DNA from: Clostridia bacterium
GTDB lineage: Bacteria; Bacillota; Clostridia; Oscillospirales; CAG-272
Length of the DNA stretch: 50,498 nucleotides
Assembly (NCBI GenBank): GCA_017508605.1
Contig: JAFVYN010000069.1
Coordinates: 1 to 50,498, forward strand
Reading direction: 5' to 3'
The notes under the pieces are model-generated. The model worked only from the letters and a program-made list of their open reading frames with translations. It was not told where the DNA came from and ran no database searches. This document shows positions 8,179 to 18,381 of this stretch, in pieces (the stretch's first letter is position 1; each line of letters starts with the position of its first letter). A program made the translations under genes and the position numbers.

Positions 8179-9708
8179 TTAATCGGCACACGCTCTGACC
8201 TTACCGAAAACCCCCGTCAGAAGACAGCCGAGTGCGGCAGTCACAAGTGCCGCCGTAATGGAGACAAGCGTTCTGATGCTCTCCGGAAGACTGCCCCCGA
8301 CCAATGCACGGACGAAAAGGGCTGCCATGACCGACAAAAAGGCGACTAAGAAGGGCTTCAGTGTGATCTTGATCAAAAGGGAGCGTCGGAACAGACCCGA
8401 CAGCGCCGCAAGATCGATCGCCGCCGCTACGGTATAGAGTAACAGCGTACCGAATGCCGACACGCTCTCGCCAAGGGATCCGGTCAAAAACAAGGTGGCG
8501 AGCAGCTTGACCGTTGCCCCCGCGCCGAGCGAGATCACGGGAAGCCATAGCTTTCCGTGTGCCTGAAGAACCGCCGTCGCAACCGTCATGATCCCGAAGG
8601 GAAAAACCGCCACGGCAAGTAAGGAAAGATGCGGTGCGGCATGCGCCACCGCGTCGGTGTTGTGAAACAGAAGGGCGAGAATATCGCGAGAGAACAGCGA
8701 AAGCCCGAGCGATGCCGTTGCTGAAAGAACAGCCGTCACCGTCAGTGCGCCTTCGGTAAGGCTTCTCCCCTGCCTTTCATTTTGCTCGGCAGTAAGCGCC
8801 CGCAGTTTGGGAAGCAGTGCCGAGGCGATCGGCGTCAGAACGACCTGCGGCATGTGAAACAGCGGAAGCACCAGAGCAGAATAATTGCCCCATGCCGCGT
8901 TGGCAAGCGCTTCGGAATAGCCGATCGATTCAAGCATCCGCATGAGAAGGATCAGATCAAGCGCCGATGACAACGAAAGACAGACCGAGCTTGCCGTCAC
9001 GGGAAGCGACGCTTTGAGTGTTGCGTTAAGGAGCGGACCTTTCTCTTTGCCATACCGCCCGTTCTTTTGAAAAGACCCTCTTGTCAAAAGACAAAGTGAT
9101 CCGTAGGACAGCGCCGCAGCACCCGACAGCCCCAGAAGTGCCATCGCAGACTTCACGGGGAGGGAAAGCGAAAGCTTTTCGGCAAGGACAACGAAAAGAA
9201 GCCCCAAAACAAGCTTGAAGATCGCCTCCACCAAAGAGGAGATCGCCGTGGGCAGCATATTGCCCTGCCCTTGCGCGTAGCCGCGGATCGGAGCGGACAG
9301 CGTGACGAATAAAACGGCGGGGGAGATCGCCAAAAGCGAGTAAAACGCCCCCCTTGAGCCGACAAGACATGCGATCGGAAGGGAAAACAGAAAAAGGAAT
9401 CCAAAGAGAGCGCCTCCCATGAGCCACGAAAAGCGCCGCATGGCGTAAAAGCGTGCTTCGGCAAGCGCTCTGTCTTGGCAAGCAAGATCCTTTGCCACAA
9501 GAAGCGAAAGCGCCGTCGGGATCCCCGAGCCTGCCAGGACGAAAAAAAGGGTGAATACCGTATACGCAGTGTTGAAATACCCCATACCCTCGTCGAGAAG
9601 CATGTTGGCAAGCGGAAGCTTGTAGATCATGCCCAAAAGCTTTACCAATAATCCCGATACCGTCAGGAGCATCGCTCCCGTCAAAATTCCCTTTGCCTTT
9701 TCTGACAC
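8179..9708 (-). CDS. MOP-superfamily flippase (SpoVB/YabM/MurJ-like polysaccharide biosynthesis protein)
   Basis: The protein has many TM segments and sits in the yabM position upstream of mazG. The ORF extends to 9840 but would then overlap mtaD. GTG 9708 is chosen, and the start is uncertain. Confidence 0.7.
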   Translation of the reverse strand: MSEKAKGILTGAMLLTVSGLLVKLLGMIYKLPLANMLLDEGMGYFNTAYTVFTLFFVLAGSGIPTALSLLVAKDLACQDRALAEARFYAMRRFSWLMGGALFGFLFLFSLPIACLVGSRGAFYSLLAISPAVLFVTLSAPIRGYAQGQGNMLPTAISSLVEAIFKLVLGLLFVVLAEKLSLSLPVKSAMALLGLSGAAALSYGSLCLLTRGSFQKNGRYGKEKGPLLNATLKASLPVTASSVCLSLSSALDLILLMRMLESIGYSEALANAAWGNYSALVLPLFHMPQVVLTPIASALLPKLRALTAEQNERQGRSLTEGALTVTAVLSATASLGLSLFSRDILALLFHNTDAVAHAAPHLSLLAVAVFPFGIMTVATAVLQAHGKLWLPVISLGAGATVKLLATLFLTGSLGESVSAFGTLLLYTVAAAIDLAALSGLFRRSLLIKITLKPFLVAFLSVMAALFVRALVGGSLPESIRTLVSITAALVTAALGCLLTGVFGKVRACAD

Positions 9709-9748
9709 CCGAAACCACCCTTCCGCCGAAGGGCTAATGCCAAACGGC

Positions 9749-11017
9749 TCAGTAATCGCAAACCTGTTTGAAGCCGTCCTTGATCTTTTCGATATCCAGG
9801 GTAGTATATTCGCCGTTTTCGTATAAAATGCGTCCGTCAACCATAGTCATTCTGACGTTTGACGCCTTCGCCGCATAGACGGCGGTATAGGTGGGATCAT
9901 ATGTCGGCATCGTATTCACGTCCTCAAGCGAAACGAGGATAAGATCGGCGCGTTTGCCGATCATAAGCTCACCGGCATCGGTTCTGCCCTGCGAGAGCGC
10001 GCCGTTCTTCGTGGCGATCGTGAGAATATCCGCAGCCTTGCCGACAGTCGGATCACAGGAAGAGCCCTTGGCAATGAGAGACGCAACATACATCTCGCGG
10101 AAGAAGTCAAGAGAATTGTTCGATGCCGCGCCGTCCGTACCGAGACCGACGTTCACACCGCGCTTCATCATCTCGCTGACACGGGCGACCCCGCTGCCAA
10201 GCTTCAGGTTGGAGCAAGGATTATGCGATACCGTTGCGCCCACAGAGGCAAGCAGATCCATATCGTCATCACTGAGATAGACACCGTGCGCGCAGGTGGT
10301 GGGAGACAGGAACGTGCCGCAATCGTAAAAGAAACGGGCAGGCGTTTTGCCGCGACGCTCAATACAGCCCTCATGCTCGCTTAAGGTCTCCGAGAGATGC
10401 AGCTGCATGCGAAGACCTTCTTTGGCGGTATACTCCGATACGTCACGGATATAGCTTTCTACGTTGCTGTATTCGGCGTGAAGGGACATATCGACAAGCA
10501 GCTTGCCGTCGGCGGCGCCGTGATAGTCACGGCAGAGCGCAACGCTTTCCTGAAAGCGCGTATCGCCCTTGATGCGCGCGCCCTCTCCAAACGAGACGAG
10601 CGAGCGCGACAGATTCGCCTTGATGCCCGAGGTAAGCACGGCATCGGCGGTCTTGTGGCAGAAGAAATACATATCCGAGAAGGATACGATGCCCGAGGCG
10701 AGCATTTCGGCAATGGCAAGCAGGGAGCCGTAATAGACCTTGTCATCGTCAAGGCGGTCCTCGGCGGGCAGAATGCGGGTATCAAGCCATTCGCGAAGGG
10801 ACATATCCTCTCCGTACCCGCGGAACAGGGTCATCGCGGCATGGCAGTGCGTGTTATAAAAGCCGCTCATCAGAAGATTGCCGCGGCAATCGATCACGCG
10901 GTCAAATTGTGCCTCGGGGCGTCCGTCTCCGATATAGGTCACAAAAGCGCCCTCAACGGCAACGTTGACAAAGCGGTTGTCAAGAAGTCTGGCATTGATA
11001 AACAGATATTTTGTCAT
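9749..11017 (-). CDS. mtaD: Amidohydrolase, 5-methylthioadenosine/S-adenosylhomocysteine deaminase type
   Basis: 422 aa. It has the HCH metal motif (YNTHCHAAMTLFRGYGEDMSLREWL) and GLGTDGAASNNSLD. Confidence 0.8.
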   Translation of the reverse strand: MTKYLFINARLLDNRFVNVAVEGAFVTYIGDGRPEAQFDRVIDCRGNLLMSGFYNTHCHAAMTLFRGYGEDMSLREWLDTRILPAEDRLDDDKVYYGSLLAIAEMLASGIVSFSDMYFFCHKTADAVLTSGIKANLSRSLVSFGEGARIKGDTRFQESVALCRDYHGAADGKLLVDMSLHAEYSNVESYIRDVSEYTAKEGLRMQLHLSETLSEHEGCIERRGKTPARFFYDCGTFLSPTTCAHGVYLSDDDMDLLASVGATVSHNPCSNLKLGSGVARVSEMMKRGVNVGLGTDGAASNNSLDFFREMYVASLIAKGSSCDPTVGKAADILTIATKNGALSQGRTDAGELMIGKRADLILVSLEDVNTMPTYDPTYTAVYAAKASNVRMTMVDGRILYENGEYTTLDIEKIKDGFKQVCDY

Positions 11018-11970
11018 GATGTCCTCCGATCGGTCTTCGGCGATGATTCCTCCTCGCTTCCGATAAATTCGCGAAAGATCGAATGCTCGGGAATATACAC
11101 CGTGGCAATTGACGGGATGCGATCGTATTCGCGCATCAGACGTCTTGCTTTTTCATAATAGGGTGAATCTTCCTTGACGTAAGAAAGATATTCAAGATAT
11201 AAGTCACGGATCAGTGCAGGCTCATATGCCATCGTGGAGTCAATGCGATAGTCGACACCGTATTCAAACGGCTCAAGATACTCCCGCTCGTTGGCTCTGA
11301 CACCCTCCCAGAGAAGGAAGGTCTGATCGGGGGATGCCGAGCGGTAACGGTAATCACGCACCAGGCGTCTTGCAAAACGAAGCTCATGCGATTCGAAAAG
11401 CTCGCCCCCTGCCTCCACCGAGCTGGAGGGACGGATATAGACCGAGAAATACGGCTCGTTTTCAAAAAGCGCGATCACGTTGGGATAGATCGCCTGAATG
11501 CCCTCGAACAAAAACAGATCTGCCTCATCGGGGAAAAATTCGTCAATGCGGTCGCAGGTACCGGTCTTGAAATCGTAATGCGGAAGTCTTGCGACCTCGC
11601 CGCGGCGCAGTGCCCCGATGGCATCGGCAAGCATGCCGACGTCGATGGTGGTGGGAGAATCGAAGTCGACCGGCTTACCCGCCTCACGGGCACGCTCGAT
11701 CAGAACCTCGCGGCTGTAATAAAAATCGTCGATCGAAATGACCTTCACCCGCACGCCCCGTGCCGAAACGGCAGAAAGAATTCTTGCGGAGGCGGTGGTC
11801 TTACCCGAGCAGGAAGGTCCCGAGAGCGTTACGAACCGAACGCCGCTTTCAAGGATCTTCTCGGCACAGGTGTCGACCGAGCGGAAAAACTTGGCTTCGC
11901 AGTCAAGAACGAAGCGCTGGATCTCGTCGGATGACGAAAACGCATACGATACGGGAATAATGGGATCCAT
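11014..11970 (-). CDS. Uridine kinase/phosphoribulokinase-family P-loop kinase
   Basis: The Walker A motif is LSGPSCSGKTT, followed by ISIDDFYY. An AAGGAG SD precedes the start. The stop overlaps the mtaD start (ATGA). Confidence 0.65.
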   Translation of the reverse strand: MDPIIPVSYAFSSSDEIQRFVLDCEAKFFRSVDTCAEKILESGVRFVTLSGPSCSGKTTASARILSAVSARGVRVKVISIDDFYYSREVLIERAREAGKPVDFDSPTTIDVGMLADAIGALRRGEVARLPHYDFKTGTCDRIDEFFPDEADLFLFEGIQAIYPNVIALFENEPYFSVYIRPSSSVEAGGELFESHELRFARRLVRDYRYRSASPDQTFLLWEGVRANEREYLEPFEYGVDYRIDSTMAYEPALIRDLYLEYLSYVKEDSPYYEKARRLMREYDRIPSIATVYIPEHSIFREFIGSEEESSPKTDRRTS

Positions 11971-11997
11971 AAAGGACTCCTTTCTTTACCGACGGAC

Positions 11998-13488
11998 TCA
12001 GACGTAGGTATCGAAGAAACGGTCGATCTTGTCGATATACTGCGTCTTGAATTCCTCATCGGTCATTTTGAGATATTCAAAGGGATATTTCGGCATAAAG
12101 GTGCGCTCGATCTTGGCATGCTCACGGGAGACGAGCTTGGTCACAGATCCCGCGCCCACGGCGAAGATGTGTTGCATCTCTTCCATAATGAGAACATTGT
12201 AAATACCCTCCGCCCCGGGCAGAGAAAAGCCCACGTTCTCAAGATTGCCGACCGTGTTTTTCTGGCGGTAGATATAATAGGGTACATAGCCCATAAGCTT
12301 GGCTTTCACCTGCGAATAATCGACACTCTTCTGCGCCTCGCCGCTCGTGATGGCATAATTGGAAAAACCGCCGCTCAGCGCCATATCGGCGCTCTTTTTG
12401 ATGCAGAAGGTGTGAATGGTGAGATTGTCGGGGCGCATTTTGAGAATGGTATCCACACTTTTGGAAAAGCTGCGGAAGGTATCTCCCGGCAATCCCGCGA
12501 TGAGGTCGGTATTGATATACCGTATGCCCGCCGCACGCGCGATGTCATACGCCTTGAAGAAATCCTCGCCGGTATGACGGCGTCCGATGAGGGTCAGAAC
12601 CTCGTCATTCAGAGTCTGGGGATTGATGCTCACACGGGTAACGCCCGCATCCACGAGAAGCTTCATCTTGCCCTCGGTGATGGTATCGGGTCTGCCCGCC
12701 TCACAGGTGAACTCCTCAAGCGTCGACACGTCGACGTATTCGGCGATCTTATCAAAGATCAGCCCCAGCTGACTTTCGTCAAAGGTCGTGGGCGTGCCGC
12801 CCCCGATATAGACCGTCGTGACGGTAAGCCCCTTATCCCGGATCAGTCGGAACACACGGTCCAGATCGAGCAGTAAGCGTTCGAGATATTCGGGGATCAG
12901 AGAGTGAAGCCGCTTCGTTGCGTAGCTGACAAAGGAGCAGTAAGCACATCTCGTCGGGCAGAAGGGGATCGAAATATATACACTGCAGGAATTCGGCTTC
13001 AGGGAAGACAGGATCTCCTTTTCCTTGACGATGATATCGGTGAGAAGCGCCGCTTTCTTGGGATTGAGAAAATATTCGTGACGGAGCGATTTTCTGACGT
13101 GAAACTCACTGCCGTTATGAATATCGTAAAGCTCTCTCGCGATCTTGGCGGGGCGGATGCCCGTCATAATGCCCCACGACGGGGTATGACCGAAAAATTT
13201 CTCACCCGCGCGGAATACCGCCTTGCCCACAGCGATCTTGCCTGCGCGTTTTTCGTCAATGCCGCTCTTGAGAGGCTGTGTAAACTCTCCGTAAGCCGAC
13301 TGCATGCCGATCTGAATCGTCGCCGAGGCGGTAATACTGCCGTCCTCACCGTGAAAGGACTTGACCGTCACGATGGGCGTTTCCTCGGTCACGACCTCAT
13401 CCTGCGCGAATTTAGCGCCCGGAAAAAAGATCATGCAGAGCGATTGGATATAATTCAGATTGACGTCGGTGTCTAAAATCAGTTTCAT
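11998..13488 (-). CDS. hemZ: Radical SAM coproporphyrinogen dehydrogenase-like protein (HemZ/HemN family)
   Basis: The CxxxCxxC motif is PFCPTRCAYCSF. At 496 aa with a HemZ-like N-terminal extension. Confidence 0.7.
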   Translation of the reverse strand: MKLILDTDVNLNYIQSLCMIFFPGAKFAQDEVVTEETPIVTVKSFHGEDGSITASATIQIGMQSAYGEFTQPLKSGIDEKRAGKIAVGKAVFRAGEKFFGHTPSWGIMTGIRPAKIARELYDIHNGSEFHVRKSLRHEYFLNPKKAALLTDIIVKEKEILSSLKPNSCSVYISIPFCPTRCAYCSFVSYATKRLHSLIPEYLERLLLDLDRVFRLIRDKGLTVTTVYIGGGTPTTFDESQLGLIFDKIAEYVDVSTLEEFTCEAGRPDTITEGKMKLLVDAGVTRVSINPQTLNDEVLTLIGRRHTGEDFFKAYDIARAAGIRYINTDLIAGLPGDTFRSFSKSVDTILKMRPDNLTIHTFCIKKSADMALSGGFSNYAITSGEAQKSVDYSQVKAKLMGYVPYYIYRQKNTVGNLENVGFSLPGAEGIYNVLIMEEMQHIFAVGAGSVTKLVSREHAKIERTFMPKYPFEYLKMTDEEFKTQYIDKIDRFFDTYV

Positions 13489-13511
13489 ATGCTGTCCTTT
13501 TCGTGAACGTC

Positions 13512-13970
13512 TTATTTTTTCTTCAGAACGTCGCTTTCCATCACGATGGTCACGGGGCCGTCATTGTGAATGTCATACGCCATATGCGCGCCGAATACCC
13601 CTCTGCCCACCGTCTTGCCGAGCGCTTCCTCAAACTTCTTGATAAAGTATTCATACAGTCTCTCTGCCTCGGCGGGTGCCGCCGCCGACAGATAATCGGG
13701 GCGGTTGCCTTTTTTATAGTTGGCAAGCAGGGTAAACTGCGACACCACCACAGCACCCCCTTCAACGTCGATAAGAGAGAGATTCATTTTGTCATTTTCG
13801 TCGGTAAAGATGCGAAGCTTGGCGATCTTCGTGCTGAGAAGCTCGGCATCAAGCTCGCTGTCCCCCTCGGCAACACCGAGAAGGATCGCAAGACCCTTGC
13901 CGCATTCTCCGGTAACAACGCCGTCAACCGTGACCTTGGCATGGCTGACCCGCTGGATCACTGCTTTCAT
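13512..13970 (-). CDS. dtd: D-aminoacyl-tRNA deacylase
   Basis: MKAVIQRVSHAKVTVDG...GLAILLGVAEGD...SQFTLLA is the canonical Dtd pattern. Confidence 0.9.
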   Translation of the reverse strand: MKAVIQRVSHAKVTVDGVVTGECGKGLAILLGVAEGDSELDAELLSTKIAKLRIFTDENDKMNLSLIDVEGGAVVVSQFTLLANYKKGNRPDYLSAAAPAEAERLYEYFIKKFEEALGKTVGRGVFGAHMAYDIHNDGPVTIVMESDVLKKK

Positions 13971-14016
13971 ATGTTATCATTCCTTTTCATTTCTATTCCC
14001 TTATGTCCCGTCGAGA

Positions 14017-16221
14017 TCAGGTGTAGCCGCGCTTGACGTCAATGACGTGTGCGATCGAGCGCAGACGTGACATGATCGACTTGAAATGGTCGATGTCGCG
14101 GCAGCCCACCGTCATATTCACAATGATGCCGTTCTGCTTGGTCTGAGTATTGATCTGATGGAGAGAGACCTTCATGTCGGCAAGCGCCATCGTCAGATTG
14201 GCAAGGAGCATCATATCCTGCTCGGCAAAAACCTGAAGGATCGCCTCAAAGAGGTTATGCTCGGCGGTATTCTTGCCCGCGTTCTCCTCCCAGGCGGCAG
14301 ACACGAATCTGTCGCGGTTCTCGGGATTGTTTTCCGCCACGATCACGTTCGGGCAGTCGCATTTATGGATCGAGATACCGAAGCCCTTGGTGATAAAGCC
14401 CACGATCTCGTCTCCCGGCAAGGGATTACAGCAACGCGCAAACTTGACCTCACAGCCGTCCACACCGTCGATGATGACTCCGCCCTTATTTTTCTTATGC
14501 GGTCTTGTAACGATCTTTTCGACCTTCAGCTCTTCCTTGGGTGCTTCCTCAACGCCCACCACACGGTCGAATTCATCACGCAGCTTGACCGAGATCTTCG
14601 CTACGGTAAGACCGCCGAAGCCGATGGTATTGTAAAGGTCATCGACCGAGGCAATGCCGAGTCGGTGTGTCACGTTCTGCAGGATCTCGTCACGCTGAGC
14701 GGGGGTATAGGGACGGTTGTATTTCTTGAATTCCCTTTCGATCTCCGCCTTGCCCACGAGAACGTTTTCGGCGCGCTTTTCTTTTTTGAACCACTGGCGG
14801 ATCTTGGCTCTCGCCTCACCCGTTTTGACGATCTTCAGCCAGTCGCGGGAAGGTCCGCGCGAGGAAGCTGAGGTAATGATCTGCACGATGTCGCCGTTTT
14901 CGGGAATGCGGTCGATCGGGGCGATCATGCCGTTGATCTTGGCGCCCACCATCTTGTTGCCCACCGCCGAGTGAATGGCGTAAGCAAAGTCAATGAGAGT
15001 CGCGCCCTGCGGCAGGGTGATCACGTCGCCCTTCGGGGTAAAGACGAAGATCTCGTCCTGAACGATGTCAACCTTGAGCGCACGCATGAATTCTTCGGAA
15101 TCGTGTGTTCCCTCTTCGCTCTCGATAAGCTTCGAGATCCACTTAAGCTTTTCATCAAAGCTTTCGTCCGATTCCTTGATGCCCGATTTGTATTTCCAAT
15201 GCGCCGCCACACCGTATTCGGCGATCTGGTGCATCTTCTTGGTACGGATCTGCACTTCAAAGGGAATACCGTCCCGCCCGATCACCGTGGTATGAAGCGA
15301 CTGATACATATTGGGCTTCGGGGTGGAAATGTAATCCTTGAAGCGTCCCGGCATCGACTTGAAGGCATCGTGTATGATACCGAGGACGGTATAGCATTCG
15401 ATATCGTCGTCGGTGATAATGCGAAAAGCATAAAAGTCGTAGATCTCGTCAAACGACTTATTTTGCGAAAACATCTTGCGGTAGATACTGTAAACGCTCT
15501 TGACTCTGCCGTCGATCGAGAAGCTCAGCCCGTTTTCGCCGAGCTTTTCGAGCAGAATGCGTTTGGTACGCGCGATAAAGTCGATATTCTGTCCGTATTT
15601 ACTTTCGATGTCATCGCTGACCTCCTCGTAGCCGATGGGGTCAAGATAACGGAGCGAGAGATTTTCAAGCTCCTGTTTGATACGCTGCATACCGAGTCGG
15701 TGCGCAAGGGGCGCGTAGACCTGCATGGTCTCAAGCGCGGTCAGACGACGCTTCTTGTCGGTCTTCACCATCAGGGTACGCATATTGTGAAGTCTGTCGC
15801 AAAGCTTGATGAAGATGACTCTGACGTCCTTCGCCATGGCGAGGAACATCTTGCGCAGATTCTCCATATGCTCCTCTTCCTTGTCATCGAAGGGGATCTG
15901 TACAAGCTTCGTCAGACCGTCCACCAGCTGCGCGACGGTCTTGCCGAATTCCTTTTCGATGATCTCAAGCGAGATCTTCGAGCCGCAGTCCTCTACGGTA
16001 TCGTGAAGAAGGGCGGCACAGACCGAATCGGTGTCAAGCCCGAGGGATGCCACGATCTCGGCAACCGCGATCGGATGCATGATGTAAGGCTCTCCGCTGA
16101 TGCGGAACTGCCCGTCGTGCAGGCGATACGCGTACTTATAGGCGCGCTTGATCTTATTCATATCATAGGATCGGTTATTGTCGTCAAGCGTCATAACCAA
16201 TTTTGCAATCGCTGCATACAT
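14017..16221 (-). CDS. relA: Bifunctional (p)ppGpp synthetase/hydrolase (RelA/SpoT family)
   Basis: The HD domain motif is LLHDTVED, followed by a synthetase domain and TGS and ACT regions. ATG 16221 follows a GAGGTG SD. The ORF opens at GTG 16230. Confidence 0.9.
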   Translation of the reverse strand: MYAAIAKLVMTLDDNNRSYDMNKIKRAYKYAYRLHDGQFRISGEPYIMHPIAVAEIVASLGLDTDSVCAALLHDTVEDCGSKISLEIIEKEFGKTVAQLVDGLTKLVQIPFDDKEEEHMENLRKMFLAMAKDVRVIFIKLCDRLHNMRTLMVKTDKKRRLTALETMQVYAPLAHRLGMQRIKQELENLSLRYLDPIGYEEVSDDIESKYGQNIDFIARTKRILLEKLGENGLSFSIDGRVKSVYSIYRKMFSQNKSFDEIYDFYAFRIITDDDIECYTVLGIIHDAFKSMPGRFKDYISTPKPNMYQSLHTTVIGRDGIPFEVQIRTKKMHQIAEYGVAAHWKYKSGIKESDESFDEKLKWISKLIESEEGTHDSEEFMRALKVDIVQDEIFVFTPKGDVITLPQGATLIDFAYAIHSAVGNKMVGAKINGMIAPIDRIPENGDIVQIITSASSRGPSRDWLKIVKTGEARAKIRQWFKKEKRAENVLVGKAEIEREFKKYNRPYTPAQRDEILQNVTHRLGIASVDDLYNTIGFGGLTVAKISVKLRDEFDRVVGVEEAPKEELKVEKIVTRPHKKNKGGVIIDGVDGCEVKFARCCNPLPGDEIVGFITKGFGISIHKCDCPNVIVAENNPENRDRFVSAAWEENAGKNTAEHNLFEAILQVFAEQDMMLLANLTMALADMKVSLHQINTQTKQNGIIVNMTVGCRDIDHFKSIMSRLRSIAHVIDVKRGYT

Positions 16222-16246
16222 AAAAATCACCTCAGTGCGGGATTCG

Positions 16247-18364
16247 TTATTTTTTCATTTGCTGTTTCAGCTTCACATAGGTGGGCGCACGCTCGGTGTC
16301 CACCTTATTTTTGACGTAATTGACGGTATAATGCAGATTCTCGCCGTTCTCACCCGCATAGCGGATCGCAACGATGCCGCACTCGTCAAGGATCTTCAGG
16401 ATCACGCGCAGCTTCGTGTAGTGGATACGGGAATTGCCTCTGAACTGTGTGAGAAGCTCACGGATGCCGGTCATTTCATCCTTGGTATTGCCGTAGTGCC
16501 GCTTGAACCAGAGATAGACCGGGGCGATATCGTCACGTGTGGGGAGAATATCCTCTTCCTTGTCAAAAAGACCTCCCGCCATCAGCTCATCAAAGCGATT
16601 ACGGGCATCGGGATCGATCACGAAAGCCCCCTCCGACAGACGAATGTCCTTGACGATCATCTGCGCCGAACGGACACCGCGGAATTCATTGACACTGATC
16701 GAGAACAAGAGATCGACGGTGTCACCGCCGTAATATTCCAGCATTTCACGGCTTCTGCCGAAGCGGAGTGCCGCAAGCTGTACGCCGTCGTGTTCCAAAA
16801 GCAGCTTGGCATGCTTCTCGCCCAGAGGCAGAATACCGCGCAGACGAACGCCGCGCATCATGAAGACAGGCGAGGGATTGGCAATGCCGTAAGGCTCCAG
16901 TAAGGAAAGCTCCTCAGCCGCCTCAAGCGTAACATCATGACCCGTGATCTCGCAGTCCACGTCGATCCCCGCCGCGCCCTCAGCCGCGTCACGGTGCATC
17001 CTGACGTAGCGGTTGATATTCTGTCTGAAGGCTTCGATCTTATCACGCTCGACTGAAAGACCCGCTGCAAGCTCGTGACCGCCGAACTTGACGAGATATT
17101 CCTTCGAGTCGGTCAGCGCCTCCACAAGATTGATGCCCTTCACACTTCTGCCGCTTCCCTTTCCGATATCGCCGTCAAAGGAGATGAGGATCGAGGGAAG
17201 CGAATATTTTTCGGTAATACGGGATGCCACGATCCCGATCACGCCGTGATGCCAACAATCGTCGGCAAGCACGATGATATCATCATTCTGATAGTCGCCC
17301 GCCTTGATCTTGGCTTCCGCCTCTTCCATGATGCGGTTTTCCTCCGCCTGACGGGCACGGTTGATCTCGCAGAGCGCGTATGCCGTCTCGGTCGTCACGG
17401 TGGGAGAATCCGAGAGAAAAAGCGCGACTGCCCGTTCGGCGGAATCGATCCTGCCCGCCGCGTTGATCCTGGGAGCGACCGTGAAGCTGATCGTGGTCGC
17501 GGTGATGGCGGCAGGCTTTTTCTCGCCGCCCGAAGCGGCAGAGAGAAGCGCCGTAAGACCCATACGGGGACGGGTATTCATCACCTCAAGTCCGCGGCTG
17601 ACAAGAAGTCGGTTTTCGTCAATCAGGGGCATTACGTCGGCAACGGTACCCATTGCCACAAGGTCGATATAGTTGCGGCATAGGGCTTCGATATTTGCCC
17701 TCGCTTCGTTTTCATCCTTCGCCCGCTTGGTTTCAAGCGCTGTTAACAGCTTGAAGACCACGCCCACACCGGCAAGCTCCTTGAAGGGATAGCCGCTGTC
17801 CGAACGGCGGGGATTGACCACCGCCACGGCATCGGGCAGAAACTCCTGGCATTCATGGTGGTCGGTCACAACGGTATCGATCCCGAGCGAGGCGGCATAA
17901 GCGACCTCCTCAATGGCAGTGACACCGGTGTCGACCGTCAGCATCAGACTGACGCCCTCGGTGTGAAATTTATCAATGGCAGCATTGTTGATGCCGTATC
18001 CCTCACCGCTTCTGTCGGGAATATAGTAGCCGACGGTAAGACCGCGTTCCTTCAGATACAGAGAAAGCACGCTCACCGACGTGACGCCGTCGACGTCATA
18101 GTCGCCATAGATCACCGTCTTTTCCCCCGAGGCGATCGCCCTTTCGATGCGCGCGACCGCTTTGTCCATATCGGGGATCAGAAAGGGCGAGTGAAAAACG
18201 CCGTCCTTCGCCGCCATAAAGCGCCGTGCCGATTCCTCATCGGTATAGCCGCGCTGACAGAGAAGAAGCGCTGTCACACGCGAGATCCCGAGCGCTTCGG
18301 CAAGGGCTGTCACCTCCTCCGAGGAGGTGGTATACTCACTTTTTAAGATCCATTTACTGTTCAT
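16247..18364 (-). CDS. recJ: Single-stranded-DNA-specific exonuclease RecJ
   Basis: DHH motifs are present (GDYDVDG, VVTDHHE), along with a DHHA1 region. The ORF opens at TTG 18385. ATG 18364 (MNSKWILK) is chosen. Confidence 0.85.
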   Translation of the reverse strand: MNSKWILKSEYTTSSEEVTALAEALGISRVTALLLCQRGYTDEESARRFMAAKDGVFHSPFLIPDMDKAVARIERAIASGEKTVIYGDYDVDGVTSVSVLSLYLKERGLTVGYYIPDRSGEGYGINNAAIDKFHTEGVSLMLTVDTGVTAIEEVAYAASLGIDTVVTDHHECQEFLPDAVAVVNPRRSDSGYPFKELAGVGVVFKLLTALETKRAKDENEARANIEALCRNYIDLVAMGTVADVMPLIDENRLLVSRGLEVMNTRPRMGLTALLSAASGGEKKPAAITATTISFTVAPRINAAGRIDSAERAVALFLSDSPTVTTETAYALCEINRARQAEENRIMEEAEAKIKAGDYQNDDIIVLADDCWHHGVIGIVASRITEKYSLPSILISFDGDIGKGSGRSVKGINLVEALTDSKEYLVKFGGHELAAGLSVERDKIEAFRQNINRYVRMHRDAAEGAAGIDVDCEITGHDVTLEAAEELSLLEPYGIANPSPVFMMRGVRLRGILPLGEKHAKLLLEHDGVQLAALRFGRSREMLEYYGGDTVDLLFSISVNEFRGVRSAQMIVKDIRLSEGAFVIDPDARNRFDELMAGGLFDKEEDILPTRDDIAPVYLWFKRHYGNTKDEMTGIRELLTQFRGNSRIHYTKLRVILKILDECGIVAIRYAGENGENLHYTVNYVKNKVDTERAPTYVKLKQQMKK

Positions 18365-18381
18365 GTTACTGTCACTTTCTG